Below, piece by piece: positions 15,213 through 27,139 of a DNA stretch of 64,000 nt; within the stretch, counting starts at the first letter, position 1; each line of letters begins with the position of its first letter. Position numbers and translations under genes: made by a program. The notes below the pieces were generated by a model that saw nothing but the letters and a program-made list of their open reading frames with translations, had not been told where the DNA came from and did no database searches. Source of the DNA: the human T2T-CHM13v2.0 reference genome, Homo sapiens; the NCBI RefSeq assembly GCF_009914755.1, contig NC_060935.1; one strand, written 5' to 3'.

Positions 15213-17609
15213 TTCCAAAAATTCTAAAGTTACAGGCCCATGTAAGGCATAGTAATTCATGAAAATTTAGAATTGTTTAAAAAGTTTTATTTATATATTT
15301 ATGCATTGCTCAATCAGCATGCATAAACTTTTTATAGTGTTCAGGTTATGTCTTTCCCTCTTTGGGTCCAGGATCTATTTCTTTAGGTTCTACATTGCCA
15401 AAGTGGTATTCTTTGATCATTTTGCATGTCTCAGCATGTCATAAAAAGGTAGTGATGCTGTTATTTATCACGAGCCATGTCTCTTAGGAACTTTTTTCTA
15501 TTGCAATAGTAGTGATATTCTTGCCTTTGCTGTTAATGAACGCCATTTATATACTGCTGGTTGTATCATTGCTCATGATGCTGTATCACCTCTTTTGCCT
15601 CCCATGAATATTGTCTTCCAATGTTTCTATCATATGTTATTTCTTTATTCTTTTAGTGATGACCGAAAGTACAAGTCTTACTCAGAGTATGCAGGAAAAT
15701 GTGAGCAATACTTGTTTTCTGGTCGTGTTAAATTTAGCAATTGGAATTTGGTAACATAAATATAAAACAATCCATGTTCTTTCCATATCTCAAAAAATAC
15801 ATACATTCTAGGATGTGGACCTTTCCCTAAATTAACCATATCTCCTTCTTCCAAACACTACAATCAGGAAGAAAGACCAGTGAAAAACTGCACGTAGACT
15901 GAGAACAGCAGTTTCATTTATACAAACTGTATCCCTCCCTCATCTGGCTTGGCCTCAGATTGACAAAGCAGACCATGATGTCCCAGTTGGAAGTAAGAGA
16001 GGACATCACTTGGCTCCCTCCAAAATCCTCAGAAAAGATTAACATAGCTGCCACTAGAGGACTGCCTGACATATGTCCTGATCTTTAAAGAACATGATGA
16101 CTGTCTTCTATGCAGTGTCAAAGGGCACAGAGAGTAAAGGCCTCCTACCACCATTTCTGCCATCCTTGAGGGCTGTCGTTCAAAGGCAGTACTGCAGTGA
16201 CAACACTGACAAGTGAGAGTTAACCAACCAGCAAGAACTGATGCATGAGTCTACGTTTATAGCTCAAACCCAAGACATAGTGGATGATTGCTAGCCAAGA
16301 ACCATGCATTCATCTCTTGTCCGACATGGAAGAGTCACCTAAAATCAGCATGACTGTACCATTCTGCCTGTCCAATTTCATGCAGTTTCACAAAGGAAAT
16401 ATAATGTAAGTCAGAGAAAATGATTCACTTGCGAGTCCGCCTTCTTAAAACTAGAGAATGGCCAGGAGATTTAAAGACAACCTCCCAGGTGCAAGTCCTG
16501 GAGCTTGTTAGAGCATCTAGTCAAGTGCACATGTGAGACTGGGGAGTTAGAAGGGTTGGAGAGAGTCTTCAAGGAGTGAAATGGTGACTGAGGCTCACAT
16601 AGTTTGAAGTGGGATTGGCCACTCATCTTAAATGGCAGGCCAGCCCTATCTCATCTCAGGCACTGAAATGGGATTTATTAATAGAAACTTTTGAGAAAGG
16701 CATTCCAAAGAACAGAGGTGAAGTGCCAAGGACAGGATTCTTGTTTGGGTCTAAAGGCAATATTGTTTGAAGTATAAGAATTTTAGATGAAGTTCTAATG
16801 TTGCTATTTTAATCCTTTACTTCTCCTTAGAATAGAGGAACAATTATTTCAAGCACTGGACAAGAGTGTGTAGGACTTTAAGGGCAAGGCCTATGATATC
16901 TGTGATTCAGATGGTCATGCTTCTGTCTTTGAATATTGGCTAAGTCTGGCTACACCACCTGTCTGATAAACAGGCAAAATGATAAGATGGAATATTTTAA
17001 CCTTTAATATAGGGGTTTTAACTTTTTTTATGTCAAGTGTTACTTTGGTCAAAGATTCATTTGTGCATATAATAAATTTTTTGAAAAACGTACTCAACTT
17101 GAATAAAATAATCCTATGTAGATACCCTCCATATTTGGCCTAGCATTTTGGGAAGGAGTTGTCCTAAGCTCCTGAAGTCTCTTTTGGCCCCTAAACTGGA
17201 CATTAAGAACGTCAATATTTACAGAAACTTGTAATCCCTTTTGCAATATTTGCCTCCATTGCTTGTCAATGAGAAGCTTAAATATTTTTGTCCCTTAATA
17301 CCTTGACTTTTCTTTATTTTAATTTTTGTTCATGTTTAGAAAGAATTACTTTACTAGAATCATTAAATATTAAACGCTTCTAATTTATTTTCAAAATAAT
17401 TGAAAGTCCCATTATCTGATAGATTCCAGTTTCTTCTTCTGTCAGCCCTTTAACCTTTTAATTTTAGTCAACATACATTTACTTGGTAACCAGGATATCT
17501 TTAAATTGATACCCCTATTTTTTCTTGTTTCTGTGACAGTCAGCACAAATCTCTGCTTCCTAATAAATGCAGTTAGCACATAATAAACTGGTTTATCTAA
17601 AGATAATGA

Positions 17610-17999
<390 letters not shown>

Positions 18000-18292
18000 T
18001 AATCATAACAACATAAGAAACACAATACATTTAAATATACAAAAAATAGTTTAATGACAAATCTTCAAAATTTTAGGAAATATTTTCTGAGTAGCATCTT
18101 TTCATTTGGGCTTTAAATAAACATCTTACCTAGTGAGAAACAGAGGATATGGAAACAGAACAAAGTCAGCATCAGCGGCAATAAAAAAGTACACATACTG
18201 AGTTTGTAAGATTTCTTTCAAAGTCTTAGAGATGAATAAGAATGAAGAAGATAAAGTAGGCGATCAATAGTGAATTTTAAATCTAACTCTAT

Positions 18293-18590
18293 GAATCATT
18301 CTTTTAGCAATTTAGTCAACAATATTGATTGACTCCTAAGGCACAGCAAGCCCTGTGCTAACAGTGGCAAAAACAATATCATCATGACAATTATAATCAA
18401 ATGTGCAAAAGATATTATTGAAAGAGAAAAACTCAAATAAATTAGAATTTCAACTATGATAAGTGAAATGTTGACAAGGTTCACAATCTTTGTGTGGAAG
18501 AATTCAACATGAATCCTATACCACTGTGAGATGGGCATAAATATTTTTAATGAAAATATTACTTAAGAGCTGAAACTTGATGGATGAGAA
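18293..18590 (-). mobile_element. L2 3' fragment
   Basis: TCATTCTTTTAGCAATTTAGTCAACAATATTGATTGACTCCTA...GCAAGCCCTGTGCTA; AAGAGCTGAAACTTGATGGATGAG. Confidence 0.5.
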
Positions 18591-18880
18591 GATTATGTTA
18601 AATTATGAGCAACCTTTCCATTACTCATACTTATCATCACTCCTCCTTAGGAGGAGTGGAAGGTTGTTAAATTATGAGTAATGGAAAGGTCTAGGTTACG
18701 ATTTCAGAAATAGGTATAATGAGTAGAGTGGTAGGTCATTGAAAAAGCAAGATAAGAAACTGGAAAACCACGTTGTTCATGTTCTTGGATGGTTGATTTA
18801 TGTAGGCAGTAAAAACCCAGGATCATGACTGTAGCTAAAGTGAAGAATCATATCATTTCCAAAGATGTCAGTAAAGAGGC

Positions 18881-19450
18881 TGTACTACACAGACTCTAAC
18901 GGTCACCCCAAATAATTTTCACCTCCTGATACAACCTTGTGTATTCCCCTTCTTTTCAATATTGGCAGGACGTGTAGCTTGCTTCTGACCAAGAACGTAC
19001 AACATAACAATATGATGTCAAGTACATTATTGAGTTACGTGATCTTATAACATGTTCTTGCTAGCATCTCACTTGCTGGTATTATTGAAGCAAACTGCTA
19101 TGTTTTGAGCTGCTGTATGGAGAAGTTCATGCAGTGAAAACTGACAGTGGTCTCTGGCTGACAAAAAGCAAAACAATCAAACAAACAAACAGAACAATGC
19201 CTTTGTTTCTACAATCCACAAGGGACTGGGCTCTGTCAAGAACCAGATGAGCTTGAAAGTAGATTCTTCCTCGGTCAGGACTTGAGGTGAGACCACAGCC
19301 CTGGCTGACACTTTATTGGAGGCATTTGGGAAGACTCAGCTAAACTTTGCCTAGAATTCTGACCCACAGAAACAGGGAGACAAAAATCTTGTGTTGTTTC
19401 AAACCACTAATTTTGTGATAAATTGTTATTCAGCATTAGGTAACCAATAT
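18881..19450 (+). mobile_element. MaLR solo LTR (MLT1E-like)
   Basis: Starts TGTACTACACAGACTCTAA, contains GATGAGCTTGAAAGTAGATTCTTCC and CTGACCCACAGAAAC, ends GGTAACCAATATA; near-TSD GAGGC/GAGGG. Confidence 0.8.
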
Positions 19451-20699
19451 AGAGGGTAAGAACTAAGTGGCTACCAAATACAAAAGAGGTGAATCTGGTC
19501 ATAGCCACATCATTAACATGTCTTTTGATCTTGGAAAAATGACTTAAATTCTTAAAACCTTGACTCCTTACTACTATCCTAGACACTATGACTAATTAAT
19601 GGCAATGAAATATTTTAAAATTAAAACTGGTTCGTGAGATATACTTATTTTGAACAGGATTTATGAAACTTATACTAATATAAGGTATTAAGCATACATA
19701 TTGGTCATCATCATCATCATCATAATTATCATGCAATGTATTTCTGGAAACTGTATGGTTTTAATGTACTCAGAAATAATACATGCAAAATGCTTAGCAC
19801 ATTGCCTGGATCTCCTGTGATAATAGCTATTATTATCAGTTCCAAAAGGAAGAAGTATGTCAGATTTGAAGACTATTAGGCAAACCACAAAGTAAAATTG
19901 TCTGAATCCTTGTAAGCCTCACAACATCAAGCATGCATACTTTGGCAAATGCTATGCCCCTCATTAAGAGATAATATTTGTATAACATCTACTTGCCATA
20001 AATCCCATGTGTCTCATTGGACGTATTACCACTAAAAATTATTAATGCAATCACAATTTTGCAAAATGTTTATCATCTCTAGTAAAACCACTATGTAATT
20101 ATTATCATTTCATAGCTTAACATTAAGCAGCATTTACCAATTTTGCTGTTAGGATGATGGCATGTCAAATCTCTGGAATGGTGAAACACCTTCAGGTATG
20201 CAGTATCTTTCATCCACAAATCCCTGCTATTTACAACTATCAAAACATGTCATTACAAGCAAAAGGCAGGGAGATAGAAGGGAACAAATACATGCATTAT
20301 TCATAAACTGTATTTCTCTTCTGCTAGCTTTCTCAAAAATCTTCTTTTCTTTAGGAGATGCCCAGAAGCATCCATTTAGATTAGTTTATTAACAAGATCA
20401 TTGATCAGAAATCCATGTTGTAAGACATCTTGTTGATCAGCAAGAAAAAAATAAGATACCTATCAGATGTGAAATCTAATATTGTAGCAATACATTAGTA
20501 ATTACCTCAGTTATGATTTATTAATGTAATAATTCACAAACTTAAAATAAATGTACTTATAATTAACATACATTTTATAAGCCAAAATATACATTCTCAA
20601 ATATTATCGTAAAGCTATGGGTGTTGATTTTAGGAAAAAGTGATCGTTTCATTGACATTTCAAGGTGACTTTTCTATCTATGATCATTCTTTTTTTTAT

Positions 20700-20835
20700 T
20701 AAAGATGAGCATAAAAGGTATTCTCAATTCTAGTTTGCAGATGAGAAAAATGAGGTCAAGTGATTCACTTAAAACTGAAAAGGTATGAGTCCCATGTCTG
20801 ATTACTAACCATGACCTTTTCCCAATCACTGTGCC
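20700..20835 (-). mobile_element. MIR fragment
   Basis: TTTGCAGATGAGAAAAATGAGGTCAAGTGATTCACTTAA matches the MIR core. Confidence 0.55.
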
Positions 20836-22289
20836 AGACTGTATCCTACCTCCTGAAAACTTGTGCCTTGTGGTCAGAAAAAAAAATACTGTTTTATGAA
20901 CCTCAGTTTTCATGTCAGTAGGTTAAAAAGTATAATACTTATTACCTAGCTGATAATATTAGAATGAAAAACATTGGATCTAAAAAATTTCAGAGAATAT
21001 ACACATTTTAAGTATTAGTATTACTAACATACTCTTAACATTGTAATAAATTAATAGCAATCTCTGTTATTACTATTCTATTCAGAACATGTAAAAATTT
21101 CATTAAAACTAGTGCCCTAGAGGATATATATGTTATTGATTTTATGTGTCAGTCCTCATCATAATACATTTTCAAATTAAAAGCTGTTTTCAATAAAATA
21201 TGCAAATGATTGGAGTCAAAGTAGTTTTTTTGTTCTAATGATGCTGTGTAATTATATTTTCTACAATAAATATATTATCTGGAAAGTGAAGTTATGTAGT
21301 AAACATAAATTATGTGAGTTTAGATAATAATCTGAATGAGCAGAAGTATAAAAGCTTTTTCTGCTTTTAATAAAGAAATGTAACAGAGTTCACATCTTTC
21401 AACAAAAAACCTAAGATTAAAATACGTTACTTATGTTATGCAATGATTACTTATTAAAATTATGCACTAATTATTTGCAAATTCGTTGATAGTTATTACA
21501 TATTCAGTTAGGCCTTTCTTTGGACATTTCTTTAGAAATTCCTCTTAAAATTTCTGCAAAACCCTTTTGTATTTGGTCATTGGACTAATTATTAAATTCT
21601 GATTTATGAATCACACATTCTAGTTTTTGTTTTCAGTAAGAAAAATTTTTTACAGTTTCCAAAGCAATTACAAACTTCAAAGACCTAAAGAAGGATTGAA
21701 AAATTTCCCAGGAGCTGGTACTGCCAGAATGATAGAAAGATGAAAGTGAGTAAGTTGCCCTTATTTTCTATTTTAGGCAGCTCGTACATCAGTTACTTTG
21801 CCAAAAATCAGTGATGTGGTCAGTTTCTTATCCAGACACCTGCAAAAGAATTCATTTTAACAGTAACTCTGAATTTCTCCCAAGTATGCCTATTACTCAA
21901 GCATTTGTAAAGATTTCTCTGTTTTTCTTTTTGAAGAGAGGAAATACAGTGGTTAAAATATCTGAAATGAACATATTTATTTTGAGTAATAAGCAAGACC
22001 AGGGAAACATTCAAGAGTAATGAGACCAAGAAATAAATCTATGACACAAGAGAGTGATTTAATATTTAATAAGACACAAACTCTAGAGACTTTAGTGTTT
22101 TGTCTTTAAAATGGGATAGTTTATTTTTAATGGTGAAACAGTCTATGTTACAATGTTAAAACTTCTTATGATGTTGAAAATTCTACGATCTATGACATAG
22201 TTAAAAATATATGTTCAGGAAAGTCAGGAACTAAAATTATCCAAGTTTTAATGCAAAGATACCCCTATCTAATACTAGAAAATATTTTT

Positions 22290-22776
22290 TGTTAGTCACT
22301 GAATAATAGTCTCCACCAACCTAATTTGTGGAACTTGTGAATATTTTACCTTAAATGGAAATAGGGTCTTTGTAGATGTGATTAAATTATGGATTTCAAG
22401 ATGATGATATTATTTTGGATTATCCAGGTAAACCCAAGATAATCATAAGGCTGTTTATCTAAGAGAGTTCGGAAGATTAGAATCAAAGAGCAAAAGGCAA
22501 TGCAATGATGGAAACAGAGAGGCCAATTGGAAGATGCTATGCTGCTGGCTTTGAAGATGTAGGAAGAGGCCACAAACCAAGGAATTCAGGTAGCTTCTAC
22601 AAACTGAAAAAAGCAAGCAAGAGTATTTTTTCCTGAATCCTCTAGAGGAAAAGCAGTTCTGCCAACACCTTGAATTTAAATTTTTGACTTCCAGAGCTGT
22701 AGAAGAGGAAACTTGTGCTGTTTTACCTTACTAAGTTTGTGGTAAGTTGTTACAGAAGTAATGGAAAACAAATATA
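22290..22776 (+). mobile_element. MaLR solo LTR (MLT1D-like)
   Basis: GGAACTTGTGAATATTTTACCTTAAATGG...CTTTGTAGATGTGATTAAATT, GCTGCTGGCTTTGAAGATG, terminal GTTACAGAAGTAATGGAAAACAAATATA. Confidence 0.85.
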
Positions 22777-24176
22777 CTTACGCTAATATGTGGTGATATA
22801 CCAGAGATGGGTGAATTTAGTGATTTGGAAAATTATAATTTCCACTTGGAATATGTAAAACTGTAATTATCCCTAATTATGATTTTTGACCTGCTATTTT
22901 CTAGAATAAATATTTATGATGTGAAAGTTTGAAAAGAAAGATACTCGTGGCAGCCAATGTTTTATAATTCATTTTGTTCACTTTTAAACTTAATTTCCCA
23001 GAAATATATATTCATATTTTATAAATTGAAGTATAAAAATATATCAATGAAAATGATTCAACCATATTATGAAAGAAAATCACCAGTGTTTGAACTTATA
23101 CATGGTTTACTGAGCATTAACAAAATCTGCAAAAAAAATCTTTAAAAGGCTATGGAAAACCATAAACCACATGTTGTTTACCTTAAATGAGCTATTGATG
23201 GTGGTTATGTGTTTATTTTTTGGTATGAGATACATTCTGAAAATTCTTCATTTTTCTCTCAATAAGAGAGCATTTCAATTGGTCTAAGATACAATATTTA
23301 TTAGTATTCAGCAGCATAGATTTTGGCTGGACCTGGATTGTCTGTCACCAAATCCTAAGTGTGTGGCTTAGGGAATTTTAGCTATCCTATGCTGTACATA
23401 CTCATATATAAAACATAGTTTAAAATAATGCCTTTTCATGAGGATCACATGAATTAATATATGTAGCACATCAATTAGTACCTAAGACAGTATAGATAAA
23501 GTTTGTGTGTTAGCTATTTTATTTCTGCTCTTATATGATCCCTGAGTAGTTCAAGTGGCAACAAGTTTTTACTTTATCATTTACAAATACAGTTGTGTAC
23601 TCCATTAAAAGACTGGTATACATGTTCCATTGTAAATTGTTGTATTCCTTAATCTCCAAGAAGATCTACAGAATCTCCTTTAATTTCTATCTTACTTTTC
23701 CTAAAAAAAGGTTTAATATTAAAAAAGCAATTCCTGTAGGAACACAGCTGTATTAAGAACTTTTCCCTCTTTATTTTTAAAGTAGCTTGTCTTATTAAAA
23801 TACAAGATATTTTTTAATTGGATGATTAGAATTTTTTAAAGACGGTTCAACTTTGAAACATAAGATTTCTTAATTTGTTTTTTAATAGAGGAGAGTCAAA
23901 AAGCAGCTTTCTCAGCAGGTTTAAATTTTGAGATTTCAGTGAAAATTTATTCTTAATTGTTTAAATATAATGAGAATTTTTAAGATTTTTATTTTTAAAC
24001 ACTCAGTACTCGCACCTCTGCAACTTTGAGTTGGTTTCAAACCACTCAAAATAAGTGTTTAAAAATGAAAATAATTGTTAGGATTTCCTAACAATGACAA
24101 GTGTCATTACCTGATTGTCATAAGATTGAAACTCTTGGTTTAAAATCAAAACGCAAGATGAAAGTTTGAGTTGTTT

Positions 24177-24413
24177 GGCCTGGCGCAGTGGCTCACGCCT
24201 GTAATCCCAACACTTTGGGAGACCGAGGCAAGTGGACCATGAGGTCAAGGGATCGAGACCATCCTGGCCAACATGGTGAAACCTCATCTCTACTAAAAAT
24301 ATAAAAATTAGCTGGGCATGGTGGTAAACACCTGTAGTTCCAGCTACTTGGGAGGCTGAGGCAGGAGAATCACTTGAACCTGAGAGGCAGAGGTTGCAGT
24401 GAGCCAAGATGTG
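24177..24413 (+). mobile_element. AluSc-like, 3'-truncated (no tail)
   Basis: GGCCTGGCGCAGTGGCTCACGCC...GAGGTCAAGGGATCGAGACCATCCTGGCCAAC; similarity ends after GAGCCAAGATGTG. Confidence 0.93.
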
Positions 24414-24594
24414 ACCTGAATGCCTATGTCAATGTTCTGGAACTAGAAAGAAGTATCTGAAAATAGAATATATCTCTCCCACTCTCCAGCCCCATGCTTT
24501 CATACAAAAAATCTCTCCCCAAATGAGACACAACCTTTTGGGGAGTTGTCAGCAACCCTAAACTCCATGGGAGCTTATTATAAACATTAATAAC

Positions 24595-24950
24595 TGATAC
24601 AGTTTGGCCATGTCCCCACCCAAATTTCACCTTGAATTATAATAACTTCCATGTGTCATGGATGGGGCCAGGTGGAGATAATTGAATCACAAGGGTGATT
24701 TTCCACATACTGTTCTGGTGATAGTGAATAAGTCGCATGAGATCTGATGGGTTTATAAATGGGAGTTCCCCTGCACAAGCTGTCTTGCCTGTCACCATGT
24801 AAGATGTGCCTTTGCTCTTCCTTTGCCTTCCACCATGATTGTGAGGACTCCCCAGCCATTTAAAACTGTGAGTCCATTAAAACTTTTTTTTTATATAATT
24901 ATCCAGTCTCAGGTATGTCTTTATTAGCAGTGTGAAAATGGACTAATACA
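24595..24950 (+). mobile_element. THE1 (THE1B/C-like) MaLR solo LTR
   Basis: TGATACAGTTTGGCCATGTCCCCACCCAAAT...ATGAGATCTGATGG...GGACTAATACA; 5-bp TSD ATAAC/ACAAC. Confidence 0.93.
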
Positions 24951-25169
24951 ACAACATATATAAAAATGAGTATCAGTAACCAGAAAAAGTCTTTTCTTGC
25001 TCACCTGGAGTCATGGGCTAATATTTGTAGCTGCTACATAAAAGCGATAACTCACAGCTCTGCAATTTTGAATTTGGCCCATTTAGTCAATTAAACATAT
25101 CATTAAGCCATACATGCTACTGTAACAATTTTAATGATAGATATTCAGATTTGTCAGCAAGAAAATTAA

Positions 25170-25622
25170 AGAGTTTGTAGCAAACGAAACCATCAGCAAA
25201 GTGAAGAGTCAATTTATCCGATGGAAGAAAATATTTGCAAACTATTCATCAAACAAAGGGCTGATATCTAGAATACAAGAAATTCAAGCAACTCAACAGG
25301 AAGAAAAATAATCACATTAAAACGTGGGCAAAAGACATGAATAGACGTTTCCCACAATAAGACATACAAATAGACAATAGGTATATGAAAAAATGTTCAA
25401 CGTTATTAATCATCAGGGAAGTGCAAATCAAAACCACAATGAGATAGCATCTTACCTCAGTTAAAATGGCTGTCATTAAAAACACAAACATAACAAATGC
25501 TGGTGAGGATGCAGAGAAAAGGGAGATTTTTTTATGCACTGCTGGTAGTAATGGAAATTAGTACAGCCACTATGGAAAACAGCATGGCGATTTCTTAAAA
25601 AATCTAAACATAGAATTACCAC
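25170..25622 (+). mobile_element. L1MA (L1MA4/5-like) ORF2 C-terminal part, upstream of HERV-H insertion
   Basis: AAAATATTTGCAAACTAT...TGGGCAAAAGACATGAATAGAC...TAGAATTACCAC; continues seamlessly at 30614. Confidence 0.88.
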
Positions 25623-25996
25623 TGTCATGCACATCTGGGTAAAGAGACCACCAAACAGGCTTTGTGTGAGCAATAAAGCTGTTTATTTCACCTGGGTGCA
25701 GGTGGGCTGAATCCGAAAAAGGAGTCAGCAAAGGGAGATAGGAGTGGGGCAGTTTTACAGGATTTGTGTAGGTAGTGAAAATTACAGTCAAAGGGGTTGT
25801 TCTCTGGTGGGCAGGGGCAGGGGTCACAAGGTGCTCAGCAGGGAGCTTCTGAGACTCATTGTTCAACAGAATGAATTTCACAAGATAATGTCATCAGTTA
25901 AGGCAGGAACCAGCCATTTTCACTTGTTTTGTGATTCTTCACTTGCTTCAGGCCATCTGGATGTATACGTGCAGGATTGGGCTCTGAAGCCTGACA
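25623..25996 (-). mobile_element. HERV-H 3' LTR (LTR7 family), 374 bp
   Basis: Minus strand TGTCAGGCTTCAGAGCCCAA...CCTGCCTTAACTGATGACATT...GTTTGGTGGTCTCT...CATGACA. Confidence 0.96.
25682..25687 (-). terminator. Polyadenylation signal AATAAA of HERV-H 3' LTR
   Basis: Minus strand CCAGGTGAAATAAACAGC at the usual LTR7 R-region position. Confidence 0.75.
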
Positions 25997-26139
25997 TTCC
26001 TGTCTTCGTATATTAATAAGAAAAATAAAACAAAATAGTGGTTAAGTGTTGGGGGGTGGTATGGAGAGATAATGGGCAATGCTTCTCAGGGCTGCTTTGA
26101 GCGGGATTAGGGGCCACATGAGAACCTGGAGTGGGAGAA

Positions 26140-27130
26140 ATTAAACTGAAGAAAGACTTGGGGTAAAGGGTGATATTGTGGGATTGTTAGAAGGAGCATT
26201 TGTCATGTAGAATGATTGGTGATGGCCTGGATGCGGTTTTGTATGAATTGAGAAACTAAACGGAAGACAGAAGGTCCAAGTAAGAGAAGGAGAAAAATAG
26301 GTATTAAAGGGCTAAGAATTGGGAGTACCCAGGACATCAAATTAGAGAGTGTCCAAGGGGGTTCAGCATAATTATTTGCTTGGTTGGCGAGTTTTGGGGC
26401 TTTATCCTTGAGTTTTTTTATGTTGTCATATACCAGGCCAGATTGATTTAGGTAGAAACAGTGTTCTTCATTTAAAAATATACAGTCTTCGTTTTTCAGC
26501 AGTGAGAAAGTCAAGGCCTATTCCTGTCTTCTTATATTAATAATAAGAAAAACAAAACAAAATAGTAGTGAAGTATAGGTGTCATGAGGGGGAACAGGAA
26601 GCTGTTTGGTCCTATTCGCAAACTGATTTTGGGGGGTAAGGAAAACTAGTGTACATGTGCCTGTCCAGTTAACAGGTAGACACATGTAGGTGGAGGAGCC
26701 ACAGAGGAAGAAGAGACCTTGTGTAAGGCAAAACTGAAAATGTAAAGTGGGTGAAAGAATTGGAGTGTGCCTTCCCAGCAAAAGGCATCTATCCACTCCA
26801 AGAGGGAGTTAAGAGTGGGTAAGACCAGGGAATAAGGTCTTAGTGGATAAGACCAGGACCAGCTATGATGGTTTGGAGAAAAAGCACAAGCTGGCAGTGT
26901 AGACAAGGGCAGGGCATTTATGGATAGGTGAGAATGAAGAATAGGAGTATGACTAGACAGAAGATAGCAGGGAAGAAATTTTTTGGGATGCACTCTAAGT
27001 AGTGGGGGTGAATGCGTAAAGCCCTGTTGCAAGAGCAGGGTAAGGAAGAATAGACTTAACAAAATAAAATTATGTATAGAGGTGACAAGGCCAAACTGAG
27101 GAATTATGTCTGACAGAAGGGAAAAAATGA
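26140..27130 (-). pseudogene. env: HERV-H env remnant (partial SU and TM; frameshifted and deleted)
   Basis: TM peptide CIFLNEEHCFYLNQSGLVYDNIKKLKD...WVLPILSPLIPIFLLLLLGP (ORF 26203-26514); SU peptide GLFFLCGSSTYMCLPVNWTGTCTLVFLTP (ORF 26518-26796). Confidence 0.9.
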
Positions 27131-27139
27131 CCACAGACC

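Noticed and set aside
21656-21745. Possible 90-nt exon (TTTTTTACAG ... AAA|GTGAGT)
   Set aside because: Stops in all three frames and no partner exon; splice-like motifs are common by chance; a non-coding exon cannot be supported from sequence alone
26646-27134. 162-aa hydrophobic ORF
   Set aside because: Mostly off-frame reading of the decayed HERV-H env region
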